A stretch of 61,069 bases of DNA, the filler included. It is 5 parts of 5 records of this genome, joined end to end, with 100 filler letters (N's around TTAATTAATTAA, not from the genome) between each part and the next. Parts side by side here need not be neighbours in the genome. Positions count along the whole stretch, not along the records: positions 16,928 to 31,250 come from SRR20825010_6774; positions 31,351 to 49,987 come from SRR20825010_6777; 3 more parts are not named here. One strand, 5' to 3'. A model generated the notes under the pieces. That model saw only the letters and a list, made by a program, of their open reading frames with translations, did not search any database and had not been told where the DNA came from. Positions 28,979 through 40,098 of the stretch are shown in pieces (the first letter of the stretch is position 1; each line of letters opens with the position of its first letter). A program made the translations under genes and the position numbers.

Positions 28979-29293
28979 ATGCCAAAAACCGGAAACCGAT
29001 TTCAAACGTTCGCAGATTTCTATCCTTTTTACCTGGCCGAGCATAACAATTTGATCTGCAGGCGACTGCACTTCGTGGGCTCCACGCTTGCATTGATTTG
29101 CCTGTTCAAGCTGGTAACAACTGGCCAGCCAATCTGGCTGCTGTCTGGTTTGCTGGTGGGGTATGCATTTGCGTGGGTGGGTCATTTCTTCTTCGAGAAG
29201 AACCGCCCAGCCACATTCAAATATCCGCTTTACAGCTTCATGGGTGACTGGGTGATGTACAAGGACATCCTGACCCGCAAAATTCCGTTCTAA
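28979..29293 (+). CDS. DUF962 (Mpo1-like) membrane protein
   Basis: FYPFYLAEH...RRLHFVG, AWVGHFFFEKNRPATF. Confidence 0.9.
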   Translation: MPKTGNRFQTFADFYPFYLAEHNNLICRRLHFVGSTLALICLFKLVTTGQPIWLLSGLLVGYAFAWVGHFFFEKNRPATFKYPLYSFMGDWVMYKDILTRKIPF

Positions 29294-29301
29294 TTTTCGC
29301 G

Positions 29302-30627
29302 TTAGTCTTTCTTGTCAAACGGGTTCACGTTGCTTCGGAATTCAACCCGAAGCGGCGTGCCATCCAGCTTGAATCGTTCGCGAATTCGGGTTTCCAGGTA
29401 ACGCTTGTAATTGTCGGGAATTGCATCCAGTGCAGTACCGTGAACAATCACGATGGGCGGGTTCTGGCCACCTTGGTGTGCATAGCGCAACTTGGGTCGG
29501 AAAATGCCCTTGCGCGGGGGTTGCTGGTGCTCTACGCACTCTTGAATCAAGCGCGTCAATTTGGGCGTGGACAATTTTGCAAATGCAGCAGCGTGCGCTT
29601 CATCCACTGATTTCATCATCGCCGCAATGCCGAAAGGCTTGGTGGCAGACACGTAGTGAAACTTGGCGTAGCTCAGGAATGTCAGCTTGCGCCCCACTTC
29701 GGCCTTGATCCGTTCCTTGCGGTAATCGTCCAGGCTGTCCCACTTGTTCACAGCCAAGACCAGCGAACGCCCTGCTTCTACAATGAAGCCAGCGATGGAG
29801 GCATCTTGATCTGAAATGTCCTGCTGTGCATCCAGCATCAAGATCACCACATTGGCGTCTTCAATGGCTTGCAGGGTTTTGATCACTGAAAACTTCTCGA
29901 CTGACTCGAACACCTTGCCACGCTTGCGCAAACCCGCAGTGTCAATCAAGGTGTAGGGTTTGTCGTTTCGTTCGAAATCGATGTAAATACTGTCGCGGGT
30001 GGTGCCGGGCAAGTCGAAGGCAATCACGCGTTCTTCGCCCAGCAGCGTATTCACCATGGAGGACTTGCCCACATTAGGCCGCCCGGCAATCGCCACCTTG
30101 ATTCTGCGCCCGCCTTCATCATCTTCCGGCAACACAGGCAGCTTTTCGCAGGCCACGTCCATCAACTGGCGCACACCATCGCCGTGGCTTGCGGAGATGG
30201 TTTCCGGTTCGCCCAAACCCAACTCAAAGAAATCGGCCGCCGCCATCGAGTGCGTGTAGCCCTCGGTTTTGTTCACCACCAAAATGACTTCGCGCTTGGC
30301 CTTGCGAAGTTCGGCCGCAATGACGTGGTCGTGTGGGGTCACACCCTGCCGGCCGTCCACAATGAACAGAACCAAATCTGATTCAAGAATGGCCTGGCGG
30401 CTTTGTTTGGCCATCTCGGCGTAAATGCCTTCCTTGGCAACAGGCTCAAGCCCACCCGTATCGACCACCAGGTATTCTCGCGTGCCGATTCGACCCAGGC
30501 CATAGTGGCGGTCACGGGTTAAGCCAGGCTGGTTGGCCACCAGGGCGTCTCTTGTTCGGGTCAAGCGATTGAACAATGTGGACTTGCCCACGTTTGGGCG
30601 CCCAACCAGGGCAATGACAGGTTTCAT
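29302..30627 (-). CDS. der: Ribosome biogenesis GTPase Der
   Basis: Two GRPNVGKS P-loops, DTGG/DTAG, NKxE/NKWD. Confidence 0.97.
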   Translation of the reverse strand: MKPVIALVGRPNVGKSTLFNRLTRTRDALVANQPGLTRDRHYGLGRIGTREYLVVDTGGLEPVAKEGIYAEMAKQSRQAILESDLVLFIVDGRQGVTPHDHVIAAELRKAKREVILVVNKTEGYTHSMAAADFFELGLGEPETISASHGDGVRQLMDVACEKLPVLPEDDEGGRRIKVAIAGRPNVGKSSMVNTLLGEERVIAFDLPGTTRDSIYIDFERNDKPYTLIDTAGLRKRGKVFESVEKFSVIKTLQAIEDANVVILMLDAQQDISDQDASIAGFIVEAGRSLVLAVNKWDSLDDYRKERIKAEVGRKLTFLSYAKFHYVSATKPFGIAAMMKSVDEAHAAAFAKLSTPKLTRLIQECVEHQQPPRKGIFRPKLRYAHQGGQNPPIVIVHGTALDAIPDNYKRYLETRIRERFKLDGTPLRVEFRSNVNPFDKKD

Positions 30628-30635
30628 GTTTTACT

Positions 30636-31250
30636 TTACTGGACAGATATCAGGGCCACACTGCCGCCACGCGATTGCACGATCAGTGCATCGGTTTCGA
30701 CAGGCACAGGCTGGCTGGTGAACGTGGTAGAACCCACTTTCGTTCGCGCAATGGTTTTGCCTGTGTCTCGTTCAATGAAATGAACATATCCTTCAAAATC
30801 ACCCACTGCCACAGCGCGGCCAATCACGGCTGGTGTGGTCGGTACGCGACGCTGAAAGTTTTCAATTTTCCAAACTTGCTTGCCACCACTTCGGGAAAAA
30901 GCAAACATGTCGCCCAACTCATTCGGGGCAATCATGTAGCGGTCATCCACCGAAGCACCGTTGGGTGCAGAAAACTCAACAGTCCAGATCGGGCGTGCGC
31001 TGACCGCATCCAGACAACCCAACTTGCCCTGGAATGCCGCAGCACACACTTCACGGAAGTTGTAAACAGGCGTGCCCGTTACATCAGCGATCCGCTCAAT
31101 TTCGGTGGTGCCGGTGGGCGAGGTCAAGGCACCCTCCCAGGAAACAGTACCTGCATTCAAATCAAGGGCTACCAAACGGCCACCGGGGAAACCTGCATAC
31201 ACCCGCGCGTTGTTTACGTCCACAGGGCTGTTCACGCGCAAGGTCAAAGG
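30636..31250 (-). CDS. bamB: Outer membrane assembly factor BamB (partial, C-terminus)
   Basis: PQQ-like propeller; TEIERIADVTGTP, VGDFEGYVH; upstream of der. Confidence 0.85.
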   Translation of the reverse strand, partial: PLTLRVNSPVDVNNARVYAGFPGGRLVALDLNAGTVSWEGALTSPTGTTEIERIADVTGTPVYNFREVCAAAFQGKLGCLDAVSARPIWTVEFSAPNGASVDDRYMIAPNELGDMFAFSRSGGKQVWKIENFQRRVPTTPAVIGRAVAVGDFEGYVHFIERDTGKTIARTKVGSTTFTSQPVPVETDALIVQSRGGSVALISVQ

Positions 31251-31350
31251 NNNNNNNNNNNNNNNNNNNNNNNNNNNNNNNNNNNNNNNNNNNNTTAATT
31301 AATTAANNNNNNNNNNNNNNNNNNNNNNNNNNNNNNNNNNNNNNNNNNNN
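31251..31350. other. Artificial contig spacer
   Basis: N run with TTAATTAATTAA. Confidence 0.98.
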
Positions 31351-32469
31351 TGGCCTACCGAGTGGCAACAGCACGTAGCACTCATGTTTTATGCGGATTA
31401 TATGTACACGGGCAATACAGAACTTATACAGAAATACTACGATCAGTTAAAATATAAAACCCTTTATGAGCTCGCCAATGAAGATGGATTGATAACCTCT
31501 ACCAAGATGACTCCGGAATTAATGGCCAAGCTTGGGTTCCCTAAAACCATGAAGGAAACTTTTAGGGATATAGTGGATTGGCCCTCTGCGGGCTGGGGTG
31601 GCGATCCTACCAATAAAGGCGAACGCGACGGTTATGTTTTTAAGGATTACAATACCGTAGTGAACGCATTTTATTACCAGAACATGATAATCATGTCCGA
31701 ATTTGCCGAAGTACTAGGTAAAACCCAAGAAGCTTTGGATTTTAAATTAAGGGCATTGAAAGCAAAAAAAGCCTTCAATGAAAAAATGTTCGATGCCAAG
31801 AGAGGAGTTTATATAGATGGAATCGGTACAGACCACGCCTCATTACATGCCAACATGATGCCGCTGGCATTCAATATGGTGCCGAAAGAACATATAGGCT
31901 CGGTAGTTGAATTTGTAAAATCGAGGGGAATGGCCTGTAGCGTATATGGCTCACAATATTTAATGGATGGCCTTTACAATGCGGGCGCGGAAGATTATGC
32001 GCTGGATCTTTTGACCGATACCAGCGACAGAAGTTGGTACAATATGATCCGAATCGGTTCTACCATAACCTTGGAAGCTTGGGATTTAAAGTATAAGAAT
32101 AATTTGGATTGGAACCACGCTTGGGGGGCGGTACCGGCCAATGCCATTCCCCGTGGACTATGGGGAATTCAGCCCAAAACCCCAGGCTTTGGCATTGCCT
32201 CCCTTAAACCACAGATGGGCGATTTAAAAAATAGCAGTATAGAAGTCCCCACCATTAAAGGAACCATTAAAGCAAACTATATCTACGCAAATCCTAGATT
32301 GCAGATATATACCATTGAAATCCCTGCCAATATGGTTGCCGAATTTGAAATGGTTCCCGGAGCAGGAAAAGAACTAATGCACAATGGCAAGAAAGTGGCA
32401 TCGGCCTTTGGTTCGGTAAGATTGGAGCCTGGGCAGCATGAAATAAAATTGGTAATCAATTCTTTTTAA
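31351..32469 (+). CDS. GH78-like alpha-L-rhamnosidase (partial, C-terminus)
   Basis: Frame open from the contig edge (WPTEWQQH...); [27 protein letters not shown] of the (a/a)6 barrel and C-terminal domain. Confidence 0.8.
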   Translation, partial: WPTEWQQHVALMFYADYMYTGNTELIQKYYDQLKYKTLYELANEDGLITSTKMTPELMAKLGFPKTMKETFRDIVDWPSAGWGGDPTNKGERDGYVFKDYNTVVNAFYYQNMIIMSEFAEVLGKTQEALDFKLRALKAKKAFNEKMFDAKRGVYIDGIGTDHASLHANMMPLAFNMVPKEHIGSVVEFVKSRGMACSVYGSQYLMDGLYNAGAEDYALDLLTDTSDRSWYNMIRIGSTITLEAWDLKYKNNLDWNHAWGAVPANAIPRGLWGIQPKTPGFGIASLKPQMGDLKNSSIEVPTIKGTIKANYIYANPRLQIYTIEIPANMVAEFEMVPGAGKELMHNGKKVASAFGSVRLEPGQHEIKLVINSF

Positions 32470-32613
32470 TGTATTTTTTTCCAACTAATTTCTCATTTCC
32501 AATATTTAATATTGGCCAGGTCCATTGTCAAGAATCAGCCGTCTGTTTGTTGGAGGATTCATTTGTTATGCCCAATGTTAATATAAAACTATAGATAACT
32601 AAAAATATTCTTC

Positions 32614-33951
32614 ATGGATAAAACTAGACGAAACTTCATAAGAACTGCCGCTGTAGGTTCAGCTGGTGTTGTACTTGGTTCTACAAAATTGTCGGCCAAA
32701 AACTACAAAAGGGTTATAGGAGCCAATGAAAGAATTCAGGTGGCCATTGCTGGACTGGGCCGCCGGGTAAGTGCTATTTATACGCCAGTGGAATTGAAAA
32801 GCAACAATGTAGAGCTCGTTTACCTCTGTGATGTAATGGAGAGTCAACGTTTAAAAGCTGCAAAGGAAATGACACCGCGCTTGGGTTACACCCCAAAGCT
32901 TGAAAACGATATCCGAAAGGTACTGGCCGACAAGAATGTTGATGCCCTTTTTAATCTAACACCGGACCATTGGCATGCTCCCGGATCTATCATGGCCATT
33001 AAGGAAGGTAAGCACGTTTATGTAGAGAAGCCTTGTAGCCATAATATGGCCGAAAATGAGCTATTGGTAGCTGCTCAAAGAAAGTACGCCCGAGTTGTTC
33101 AAATGGGTAATCAACAACGCTCTGCAGAGCATACCATCGATATTATTAAGGAGATCCATAATGGGGTTATCGGTACACCTTACAAGGCCGTTGCTTTTTT
33201 TAGTAATTCACGGGGAGAAGTACCTCTGCAAAAACCTGCGGCCATACCAACCGGTTTGGATTGGGAATTATTTCAAGGCCCGGCCGTTAGACGGGATTAC
33301 ACCTCCGAAACCTGGAATTATAACTGGCATTGGTACGGATGGAACTATGGAACTGCGGAATTGGGCAATAATGGTACGCACGAATTGGATGTGGCCCGTT
33401 GGGCCCTACAAGTAGATTTTCCGAATCATGTGGAGGCCGATGGCATTAAAACAGCTTTTGTTAATGATGGTTGGGAAATGTACGATACCATGGAAGCAAC
33501 TTTTAAATTCGACAACAATACCACTATAAAATGGGATGGCAAGAGTAGAAATGGATATGGAACCTATGGCGGTGGCCGAGGTACCATCATTTATGGAAGT
33601 GAAGGCAGTGTTTTTGTAAACCGCGATTTGTACCATCTTTATGATAGGAGCGGCAATTTGTTAAGAACAGTAAATGCCAAATATAAAGAAGGTGGTATAG
33701 AACTGGGCGGCGGCGGCGGAATGACTACTGTACATGTAGCGAATTTTTTCAATACCATTAGGGGAAAGGAAACCTTGCAGGCACCAATTGATGATGCCTC
33801 AAAAAGTATGGCCTTAGTGCACTACGGCAATGTGGCGTACAGAATTGGCAATGGTTTTGATATAGACCCCGCCACAGGCAGAATGCTAGACCGTAAGGCC
33901 TTGGCCTTATGGGGAAGGGAGTATGCAAAAGGCTGGGAAATTAACCTATAA
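32614..33951 (+). CDS. Gfo/Idh/MocA oxidoreductase with Tat signal
   Basis: TRRNFI twin-arginine; TPDHWH, HVYVEKP, QMGNQQRS, GNNGTHELD. Confidence 0.92.
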   Translation: MDKTRRNFIRTAAVGSAGVVLGSTKLSAKNYKRVIGANERIQVAIAGLGRRVSAIYTPVELKSNNVELVYLCDVMESQRLKAAKEMTPRLGYTPKLENDIRKVLADKNVDALFNLTPDHWHAPGSIMAIKEGKHVYVEKPCSHNMAENELLVAAQRKYARVVQMGNQQRSAEHTIDIIKEIHNGVIGTPYKAVAFFSNSRGEVPLQKPAAIPTGLDWELFQGPAVRRDYTSETWNYNWHWYGWNYGTAELGNNGTHELDVARWALQVDFPNHVEADGIKTAFVNDGWEMYDTMEATFKFDNNTTIKWDGKSRNGYGTYGGGRGTIIYGSEGSVFVNRDLYHLYDRSGNLLRTVNAKYKEGGIELGGGGGMTTVHVANFFNTIRGKETLQAPIDDASKSMALVHYGNVAYRIGNGFDIDPATGRMLDRKALALWGREYAKGWEINL

Positions 33952-34156
33952 GATGTATGCAAAAATTGGAGTTCGTTGAATTGGCTTTTCAATTTATTTG
34001 ATATGGTTTAGGTGTTGAAGGAGAATTTGTTGCAGCTAAATAGGATTAATTCTTAAGGAAATGAACATATGCCCTCTGCCCTAAACACTGATTTGGAATC
34101 GAAAAAAATTAATGTCAATAATTTTAAAGTTATTAATTGATAATATATTCAATGAG

Positions 34157-36178
34157 ATGAAAACTAAATCTTTATTTGTATTGATCACAATTCTAAGTGT
34201 ATCTAGCTTAGTCTTACATGCCCAGAAATCCCAATTTATACAACCCCTTATTGGTGAAGACAGTAATTTTGAAGAAAAAGACGGCCTAGTAATTATTGAA
34301 GCAGAATACTTTTATAAGCAAAGTAATTATGAAAATAGACAATGGTACCGGACTTCAAAATTTGAATTCCCGCAGCTTGATTATGACGCTGATGAGCAGC
34401 ATTTAAATAGTGCAAGCAACAATTCTTATATTGAAGTATTGCCCGATACAAGGGTCAGCCATTCGGATAAACTGATACATGGAAAAAATTTCTCCGACGA
34501 ACCGGGAAAGGCAGCCATAGTTCATTATAAGGTCAAAATAAATAATCCAGGCCGTTATTATATCTGGGCAAGGGCATATAGCTCAGGTAGCGAAGACAAC
34601 AGTATACATGTCGAGTTAAATGGTGAGTGGCCAGCCCAAGGTCAAAGAATGCAATGGTGCGAAGGCAAAAACGCCTGGACTTGGGAAAGTAAACAAAGAA
34701 CAAAGGAGGTGCATTGCGGGGTTCCTAAAAAGATTTATTTGGACATCGCCAAAAGTGGCATACACGATATTCAGTTTAGTATGCGTGAGGATGGTTTTGT
34801 TTTTGATAAATTCCTCATGACCAACGACATTGATTATGTCCCAAATGAAAAAGGGGCCATAGAGTCAGCTGCACTGTCAGGGACCACTTACTTTCAAACC
34901 ATTTCCTCCTCCCTTTTGGAGAACAAGACACTACCTGTAGATGATTTTCCAATTGATGATACCGGTTTTTATAGGGATGCCGGCGGAAAATGGCTTGCTA
35001 TCAAACCCGAAAAAAATAAAGAAGCCCAAACAACTACCACCTTTAATTTTAAAAGTGCCAATTATGACATTTTATTTGTTGCCGTAGGTGAAAATGATGG
35101 TCAATCCAAATTTACAGTACAAATTAACGATAAGGAACTAGGCTCATATTCTCCTCCACTGGCAAAGAAAATATTCGAAGAAGGTGAAAATTATAATGCA
35201 TTGTGGAAAAATATTAGCTTGAAAAAAGGGGATAAGGTTACAGTAAAATCAATTATTGGAAGTCACGATGGTAAAGAGTGGGCAAGAGGCCGCTGGTCCG
35301 GAATCATTTTCGCCCCAGTTGGCAAGGGAAGGGAAGTACAACAAACACCTTTCTACCCCACACCAGAAGAAAATGAAATATCAAAATGGACAATTAAACC
35401 TCCATTGGGACGTATAGCTATAGTCGCAGATGGCAACTCGCCCGACCCGGATGACCTTGGCGGAACTGCAGTTTCAATTGCTTTGCTAAAGGCTTCAGGC
35501 CTGGACAATAGATTGGTTCATTATTCCCACAGCTGTGATTTGGTCCGTGACAACCGAATTTCAGAAATGGCCGAAAAAGAGAGACACGCATTAATGCAAA
35601 CAGCATGTGATGTAACTGCAAGACGCTGGGGCAGTTTTGATGGCCTAACTTTTTTAGATGCAAAATGGCAGCAAGAAAAAACTATTGAGGATTTAAGTGC
35701 GGCCATTAACGCTTCATCAAAAGAAGACCCCTTATGGATTATTGAAGCTGGTGAACCCGATATTATCGGAATGGCATTGAAGGTTTCAAAAAAATCAAAA
35801 CACAAATACGTAAAAGTGATAACACATCACCCGGCCAATGATGATGCCGGTGATTTTTATAGATGGCAACAGATATTGGATTTTGGGATCGAAGAAGTTC
35901 GCATACCTGATCAGAATACCCACTTAAAAGTAGCACTCCCCGAATGGGATTGGGCCAAAAACCACCCAGACCCAAGAATACAATGGGTCTGGATCCAAGG
36001 TAAAATCGCCGAGATTGACGATGTCGTTACATTTCAAAAAGGCAAATGGGATTGTTCGGATGCCGGTATGGTTTTGTATTGGATCACAGGGGCTACCAAT
36101 GGCGGACTTACCTTGGGCAACGTAAACGATGTAAAAAAAATATTGTTGAATTTTATTGAAAATCCAACAGAACGATAA
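34157..36178 (+). CDS. Secreted multidomain protein: two CBM-like jelly-roll modules plus a nucleoside-hydrolase-like C-terminal domain
   Basis: Signal peptide from the ATG at 34157; IIEAE...GRYYIWARAY...MREDGFVFDK (CBM6/35-like); ENDGQSKFTVQIN module; GRIAIVADGNSPDPDD and LWIIEAG resemble the IU-nucleoside-hydrolase fold. Confidence 0.55.
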   Translation: MKTKSLFVLITILSVSSLVLHAQKSQFIQPLIGEDSNFEEKDGLVIIEAEYFYKQSNYENRQWYRTSKFEFPQLDYDADEQHLNSASNNSYIEVLPDTRVSHSDKLIHGKNFSDEPGKAAIVHYKVKINNPGRYYIWARAYSSGSEDNSIHVELNGEWPAQGQRMQWCEGKNAWTWESKQRTKEVHCGVPKKIYLDIAKSGIHDIQFSMREDGFVFDKFLMTNDIDYVPNEKGAIESAALSGTTYFQTISSSLLENKTLPVDDFPIDDTGFYRDAGGKWLAIKPEKNKEAQTTTTFNFKSANYDILFVAVGENDGQSKFTVQINDKELGSYSPPLAKKIFEEGENYNALWKNISLKKGDKVTVKSIIGSHDGKEWARGRWSGIIFAPVGKGREVQQTPFYPTPEENEISKWTIKPPLGRIAIVADGNSPDPDDLGGTAVSIALLKASGLDNRLVHYSHSCDLVRDNRISEMAEKERHALMQTACDVTARRWGSFDGLTFLDAKWQQEKTIEDLSAAINASSKEDPLWIIEAGEPDIIGMALKVSKKSKHKYVKVITHHPANDDAGDFYRWQQILDFGIEEVRIPDQNTHLKVALPEWDWAKNHPDPRIQWVWIQGKIAEIDDVVTFQKGKWDCSDAGMVLYWITGATNGGLTLGNVNDVKKILLNFIENPTER

Positions 36179-36217
36179 GCAATCAGTAACTTGTAACCTT
36201 AAAACACCAACAATATC

Positions 36218-37180
36218 ATGAGATTATATCTCACTTACCTCCTAATATTAGTGTCACTCTCCATTGCTGCACAAAGCAAAATGAAAGTGCTTATCGTTGA
36301 CGGTCAAAACAATCATGTTGTTTGGCCAAAATCGACCATTATGATGAAACAATATCTTGAGGAAACAGGTCTTTTTGAGGTTGATATCCAACGTACCCAA
36401 TATCTATGGAAGGCAGAACGGGAGGAAGATTATTTGCCCCTCGCAAAAACTGGGGAAAGTGTAATTTTAGAACAGCCCAAAACCGACCCGGCATTTAATC
36501 CTGATTTCGGCAAATATGATGTGGTAGTTTCCAACTTCGGATGGAAGGCTGCCCCATGGCCCAGCGAAACCCAAAAGTCGTTCGAAGCCTATGTAAGGAA
36601 TGGGGGCGGATTTGTAAGTGTCCATGCTGCCAATAACTCCTTTCCAGAATGGGAAGCCTATAACCAAATGATAGGTTTGGGGGGTTGGGGTGATAGAACA
36701 GAAAAAGACGGCCCTTATGTATATTTTGACAACTTGGGCAATAAGGTGATAGACACCTCTGAAGGAGCTGCCGGTGCACACGGGGCCAGTCACAATTTTC
36801 CTGTTACCCTTCAAAATACCGAACATCCAATAACCAAGGGTATGCCAAAGGTGTGGATGACCGGAATTGACGAATGCTATGCCAAATTGCGAGGTCCTGC
36901 CCAAAATATGACGGTTTTGGCCACTGGCAAGGACCAAAGTAAAAATGCCCCTACGGACCGACAAGAACCGGTACTCATGACCATCGATTACGGCAAGGGA
37001 CGTATATTTCATAACGCTTTGGGGCACGATACCGATTCCTTTGAAAACGTTGGGTTTATAGTTTCCTTTTTACGGGGAACGGAATGGGCGGCATCGGGTA
37101 AGGTAACACAGGATATTCCAGCCGATTTTCCAACAGCACAAGAACCTAGTCAACGAATATTTAAGCTTAAAAGCAATTAA
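36218..37180 (+). CDS. ThuA-like domain protein
   Basis: KVLIVDGQNNH, GGGFVSVHAA, DECY, YGKGRIFHNALGH, RGTEWAA. Confidence 0.88.
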   Translation: MRLYLTYLLILVSLSIAAQSKMKVLIVDGQNNHVVWPKSTIMMKQYLEETGLFEVDIQRTQYLWKAEREEDYLPLAKTGESVILEQPKTDPAFNPDFGKYDVVVSNFGWKAAPWPSETQKSFEAYVRNGGGFVSVHAANNSFPEWEAYNQMIGLGGWGDRTEKDGPYVYFDNLGNKVIDTSEGAAGAHGASHNFPVTLQNTEHPITKGMPKVWMTGIDECYAKLRGPAQNMTVLATGKDQSKNAPTDRQEPVLMTIDYGKGRIFHNALGHDTDSFENVGFIVSFLRGTEWAASGKVTQDIPADFPTAQEPSQRIFKLKSN

Positions 37181-37190
37181 ATAATATCCT

Positions 37191-38072
37191 GTGCCGAAAA
37201 TAACATCAACTATAATTTTAGTATTTATATTCGCCTTTACCAGTCCAAGGCTTTTTGGCCAAAATAACGTTAACCCCGCTAACACAAAGGAGACATCAAA
37301 TGAATGGTCTCCCCTTTTGGATGAAACCTTATCGCAGTGGGAAGTGTGGACAGGGGTACCTGAACCTTCGGTAAAAAATCTTCCGCCCAATTACAAAAAA
37401 AAGGGACAAGGCAAAAACAAAACACCTATAGGACTTGGGGATCCAATGGGTATTTTTAAAGTGACCAAGGAGGAAAATGGCGAACTTGTCCTAAATATTT
37501 CGGGGGAGATTTATGCCGGACTTACTTCTAAAAAAGAATTTTCCAATTATCACCTTACCCTGCTCTTTAAATGGGGCGAAAAAAAATACAAACCACGTCT
37601 GAACAGAAAACGCGATAATGGTCTGCTCTACCATTGCCACGGGGAACATGGTGCATTTTGGAATGTTTGGAAATCCTGTTTGGAGTATCAAATTCAAGAA
37701 GGTGATTTTGGCGATCTATACACCTTGACGGGTACCACAGCCACCATACCGGTCGATGATGAAGGAAAATGGAAACCAGATTCCGAAAAATTGAAAAAAA
37801 CTGGAAGAATCATACGGAGGGTCGATGCTGAAAGTCCCTATGGAGAATGGACACGGGTGGACCTCTATGTTGTTGGAGATAGTGCCGTTCATGTGACTAA
37901 TAGCGAAGTAGTCATGGCAATTACCAACGCAAAAACAAAGGACGGAAATAAATTGGATGCCGGTGAAATACAACTGCAGTCGGAAGCTGCGGAATGCTAT
38001 ATGAAGGACATCAACATTCGTCCTATTTCAGAATTCCCAAATTGGATTAAAAAAGAGACGGGGTTCCAATAG
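37191..38072 (+). CDS. DUF1080 (3-keto-disaccharide hydrolase-like) protein
   Basis: FSNYHLTLLFKWG, RDNGLLYH, LEYQIQEG, GEIQLQSE. Confidence 0.88.
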   Translation: MPKITSTIILVFIFAFTSPRLFGQNNVNPANTKETSNEWSPLLDETLSQWEVWTGVPEPSVKNLPPNYKKKGQGKNKTPIGLGDPMGIFKVTKEENGELVLNISGEIYAGLTSKKEFSNYHLTLLFKWGEKKYKPRLNRKRDNGLLYHCHGEHGAFWNVWKSCLEYQIQEGDFGDLYTLTGTTATIPVDDEGKWKPDSEKLKKTGRIIRRVDAESPYGEWTRVDLYVVGDSAVHVTNSEVVMAITNAKTKDGNKLDAGEIQLQSEAAECYMKDINIRPISEFPNWIKKETGFQ

Positions 38073-38117
38073 TTCTTAAATCAACCCTTAACTATAAACA
38101 TTAAATAGGCAGATAAA

Positions 38118-39875
38118 ATGAATTTATTTACCACAAATTCCAGGACTCCGGTAATTGTTTACTTGCTAGGAACACTGTTGGTCGGTTGCCAAACCGGTCC
38201 CAAGAACAGTGAAAAAGAAATTGCCATATCAACCGAAATCCAATTAACTGAGCGACCGAATATTTTGTGGTTGGTTACGGAAGATATGGGGTCCTATATT
38301 CCCTCTTTTGGTGATTCCACTATTGTAACACCTAATATAAGTCGCTTGGCCGCAGAAGGTGTAGTATATCCAAACTTGTATTCAACTTCGGGAGTGTGTG
38401 CTCCGAGTAGGGCTGCCCTAATTATGGGAATGTACCCTTCCAGTATTGGGGCCAACCATATGCGTACCACCTCTTATACCGAGGTTACCGGCTTGCCCTC
38501 ATACGGTGCAGTACCCCCACCGCAAGCACGGATGGTCAGCGAACTGCTGCGGATGAACGGGTATTATTGCTCCAACAATAATAAGGAAGATTATCAATTT
38601 GAAGCTCCTAAAACGGGTTGGGACGAAAGTAGTACCTATGCCCATTGGCGCAATCGTAATGAAAACCAACCCTTCTTTTCTGTATTCAATTTTACGGATA
38701 CCCACGAGTCGGGACTGTTTGAGCCTTACGGTCTTAGAAAGGCGGAAACAAGGCATTATCATGAAGGGTACAGAACGTACAAATGGGGTTCCGGTCGTTT
38801 GACAGAAGAAGAAACCCCGGTGCACTTGTCAAAAGATACCAATTTTGATATTCCTCCCTACCTTCCGGATACACCCAAAGTTCGTAGGGACATGTGGAAA
38901 TTGTATAACAATATAGCCGAGATGGACAGGCAGGTCGGGGCCGTTTTAAAGCAGTTGGAGGACGATGGCCTATTGGAAAATACCATCATCTTTTTCTACG
39001 GAGACCACGGCGGACCCTTGCCTAGGGAAAAGCGGTTGATCTACGATTCCGGTCTAAACACCCCTTTGATCATACGTTTCCCCAATAAACAACTTGCCGG
39101 AACAATAGATACCCAACTGCTCAGTTTTGTTGATTTTGCGCCTACACTGCTATCCCTTATCGGAACAGAGCCTCCCTCCTATATGCAAGGACAGGCTTTT
39201 TTAGGGCCATATAAGGCCGAAAAAGAGCGCGAGTACATTCATGCTGCAGCAGATCGTTTTGATGGATTTACAGATGCAATCCGTGCCGTGCGCGATGACC
39301 GATTTAAGTATATTAGAAATTACAGGCCGGAACAAGGGTATTATTTGCCTGTAGAATATAGGGAAGGTATACCCACCATGCAGGAATTATTGCGTATGCG
39401 TGATGAAGGCACATTGGACAGCGTACAGGCACTCTGGTTTAGGGACCACAAAGACCCGGAGGAATTGTATGATTGTACTACCGATCCGTATGAATTGCAC
39501 AATTTGGCCCAAAACCCTGATTACAGTGGAAAAATGGAAGAATTACGGACCGAAATGGATAGATGGCTAAAGGAAATTGGGGATGTGCCCAACCTTCCGG
39601 AGAAGGAATTGATATCCCAGCTTTGGAACGGGGCCGAAACCCAACCAATAACAGCAGAACCCATAATAACCTCCACTAACAATAAAATTACGCTTGACTG
39701 TGCTACCCAAGGGGCTTCAATAGGGTATAAAATACAAGGTAAGAATAATGCCGCTACAGAAGTATGGACCGTTTATCAAAAACCTTTTGAAATTCCAGAG
39801 GGAAGTAAGATAATCGCCCAAGCTTACAGGATTGGATATGTGCCCAGTGAAACAGTAGAATCAAGCACGGAATAA
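38118..39875 (+). CDS. Formylglycine-dependent sulfatase (S1, sulfamidase-like), lipoprotein
   Basis: Lipobox LVGC; PNILWLVTED, CAPSR, GDHG, EELYD...DPYE; C-terminal FN3-associated-like domain. Confidence 0.92.
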   Translation: MNLFTTNSRTPVIVYLLGTLLVGCQTGPKNSEKEIAISTEIQLTERPNILWLVTEDMGSYIPSFGDSTIVTPNISRLAAEGVVYPNLYSTSGVCAPSRAALIMGMYPSSIGANHMRTTSYTEVTGLPSYGAVPPPQARMVSELLRMNGYYCSNNNKEDYQFEAPKTGWDESSTYAHWRNRNENQPFFSVFNFTDTHESGLFEPYGLRKAETRHYHEGYRTYKWGSGRLTEEETPVHLSKDTNFDIPPYLPDTPKVRRDMWKLYNNIAEMDRQVGAVLKQLEDDGLLENTIIFFYGDHGGPLPREKRLIYDSGLNTPLIIRFPNKQLAGTIDTQLLSFVDFAPTLLSLIGTEPPSYMQGQAFLGPYKAEKEREYIHAAADRFDGFTDAIRAVRDDRFKYIRNYRPEQGYYLPVEYREGIPTMQELLRMRDEGTLDSVQALWFRDHKDPEELYDCTTDPYELHNLAQNPDYSGKMEELRTEMDRWLKEIGDVPNLPEKELISQLWNGAETQPITAEPIITSTNNKITLDCATQGASIGYKIQGKNNAATEVWTVYQKPFEIPEGSKIIAQAYRIGYVPSETVESSTE

Positions 39876-40098
39876 ATTATTAGCTTAAATAGGGTCGACA
39901 TAATTCTGTATTAAGTTCAACCGAAATTGCAGCACAGTGCAGGATACGTTCTTTTATTCCAAATACTATTTTTAAATGCCTTTTTCATATCTGGTATCTA
40001 TACTAGTATGAAAAAACGATTGAAACAATGATCGGCTTGCCCTTTCACACTGCCTTTTGGTCTATGAGGGGTTTACTTTTAATACTTAATTAAAGAAA

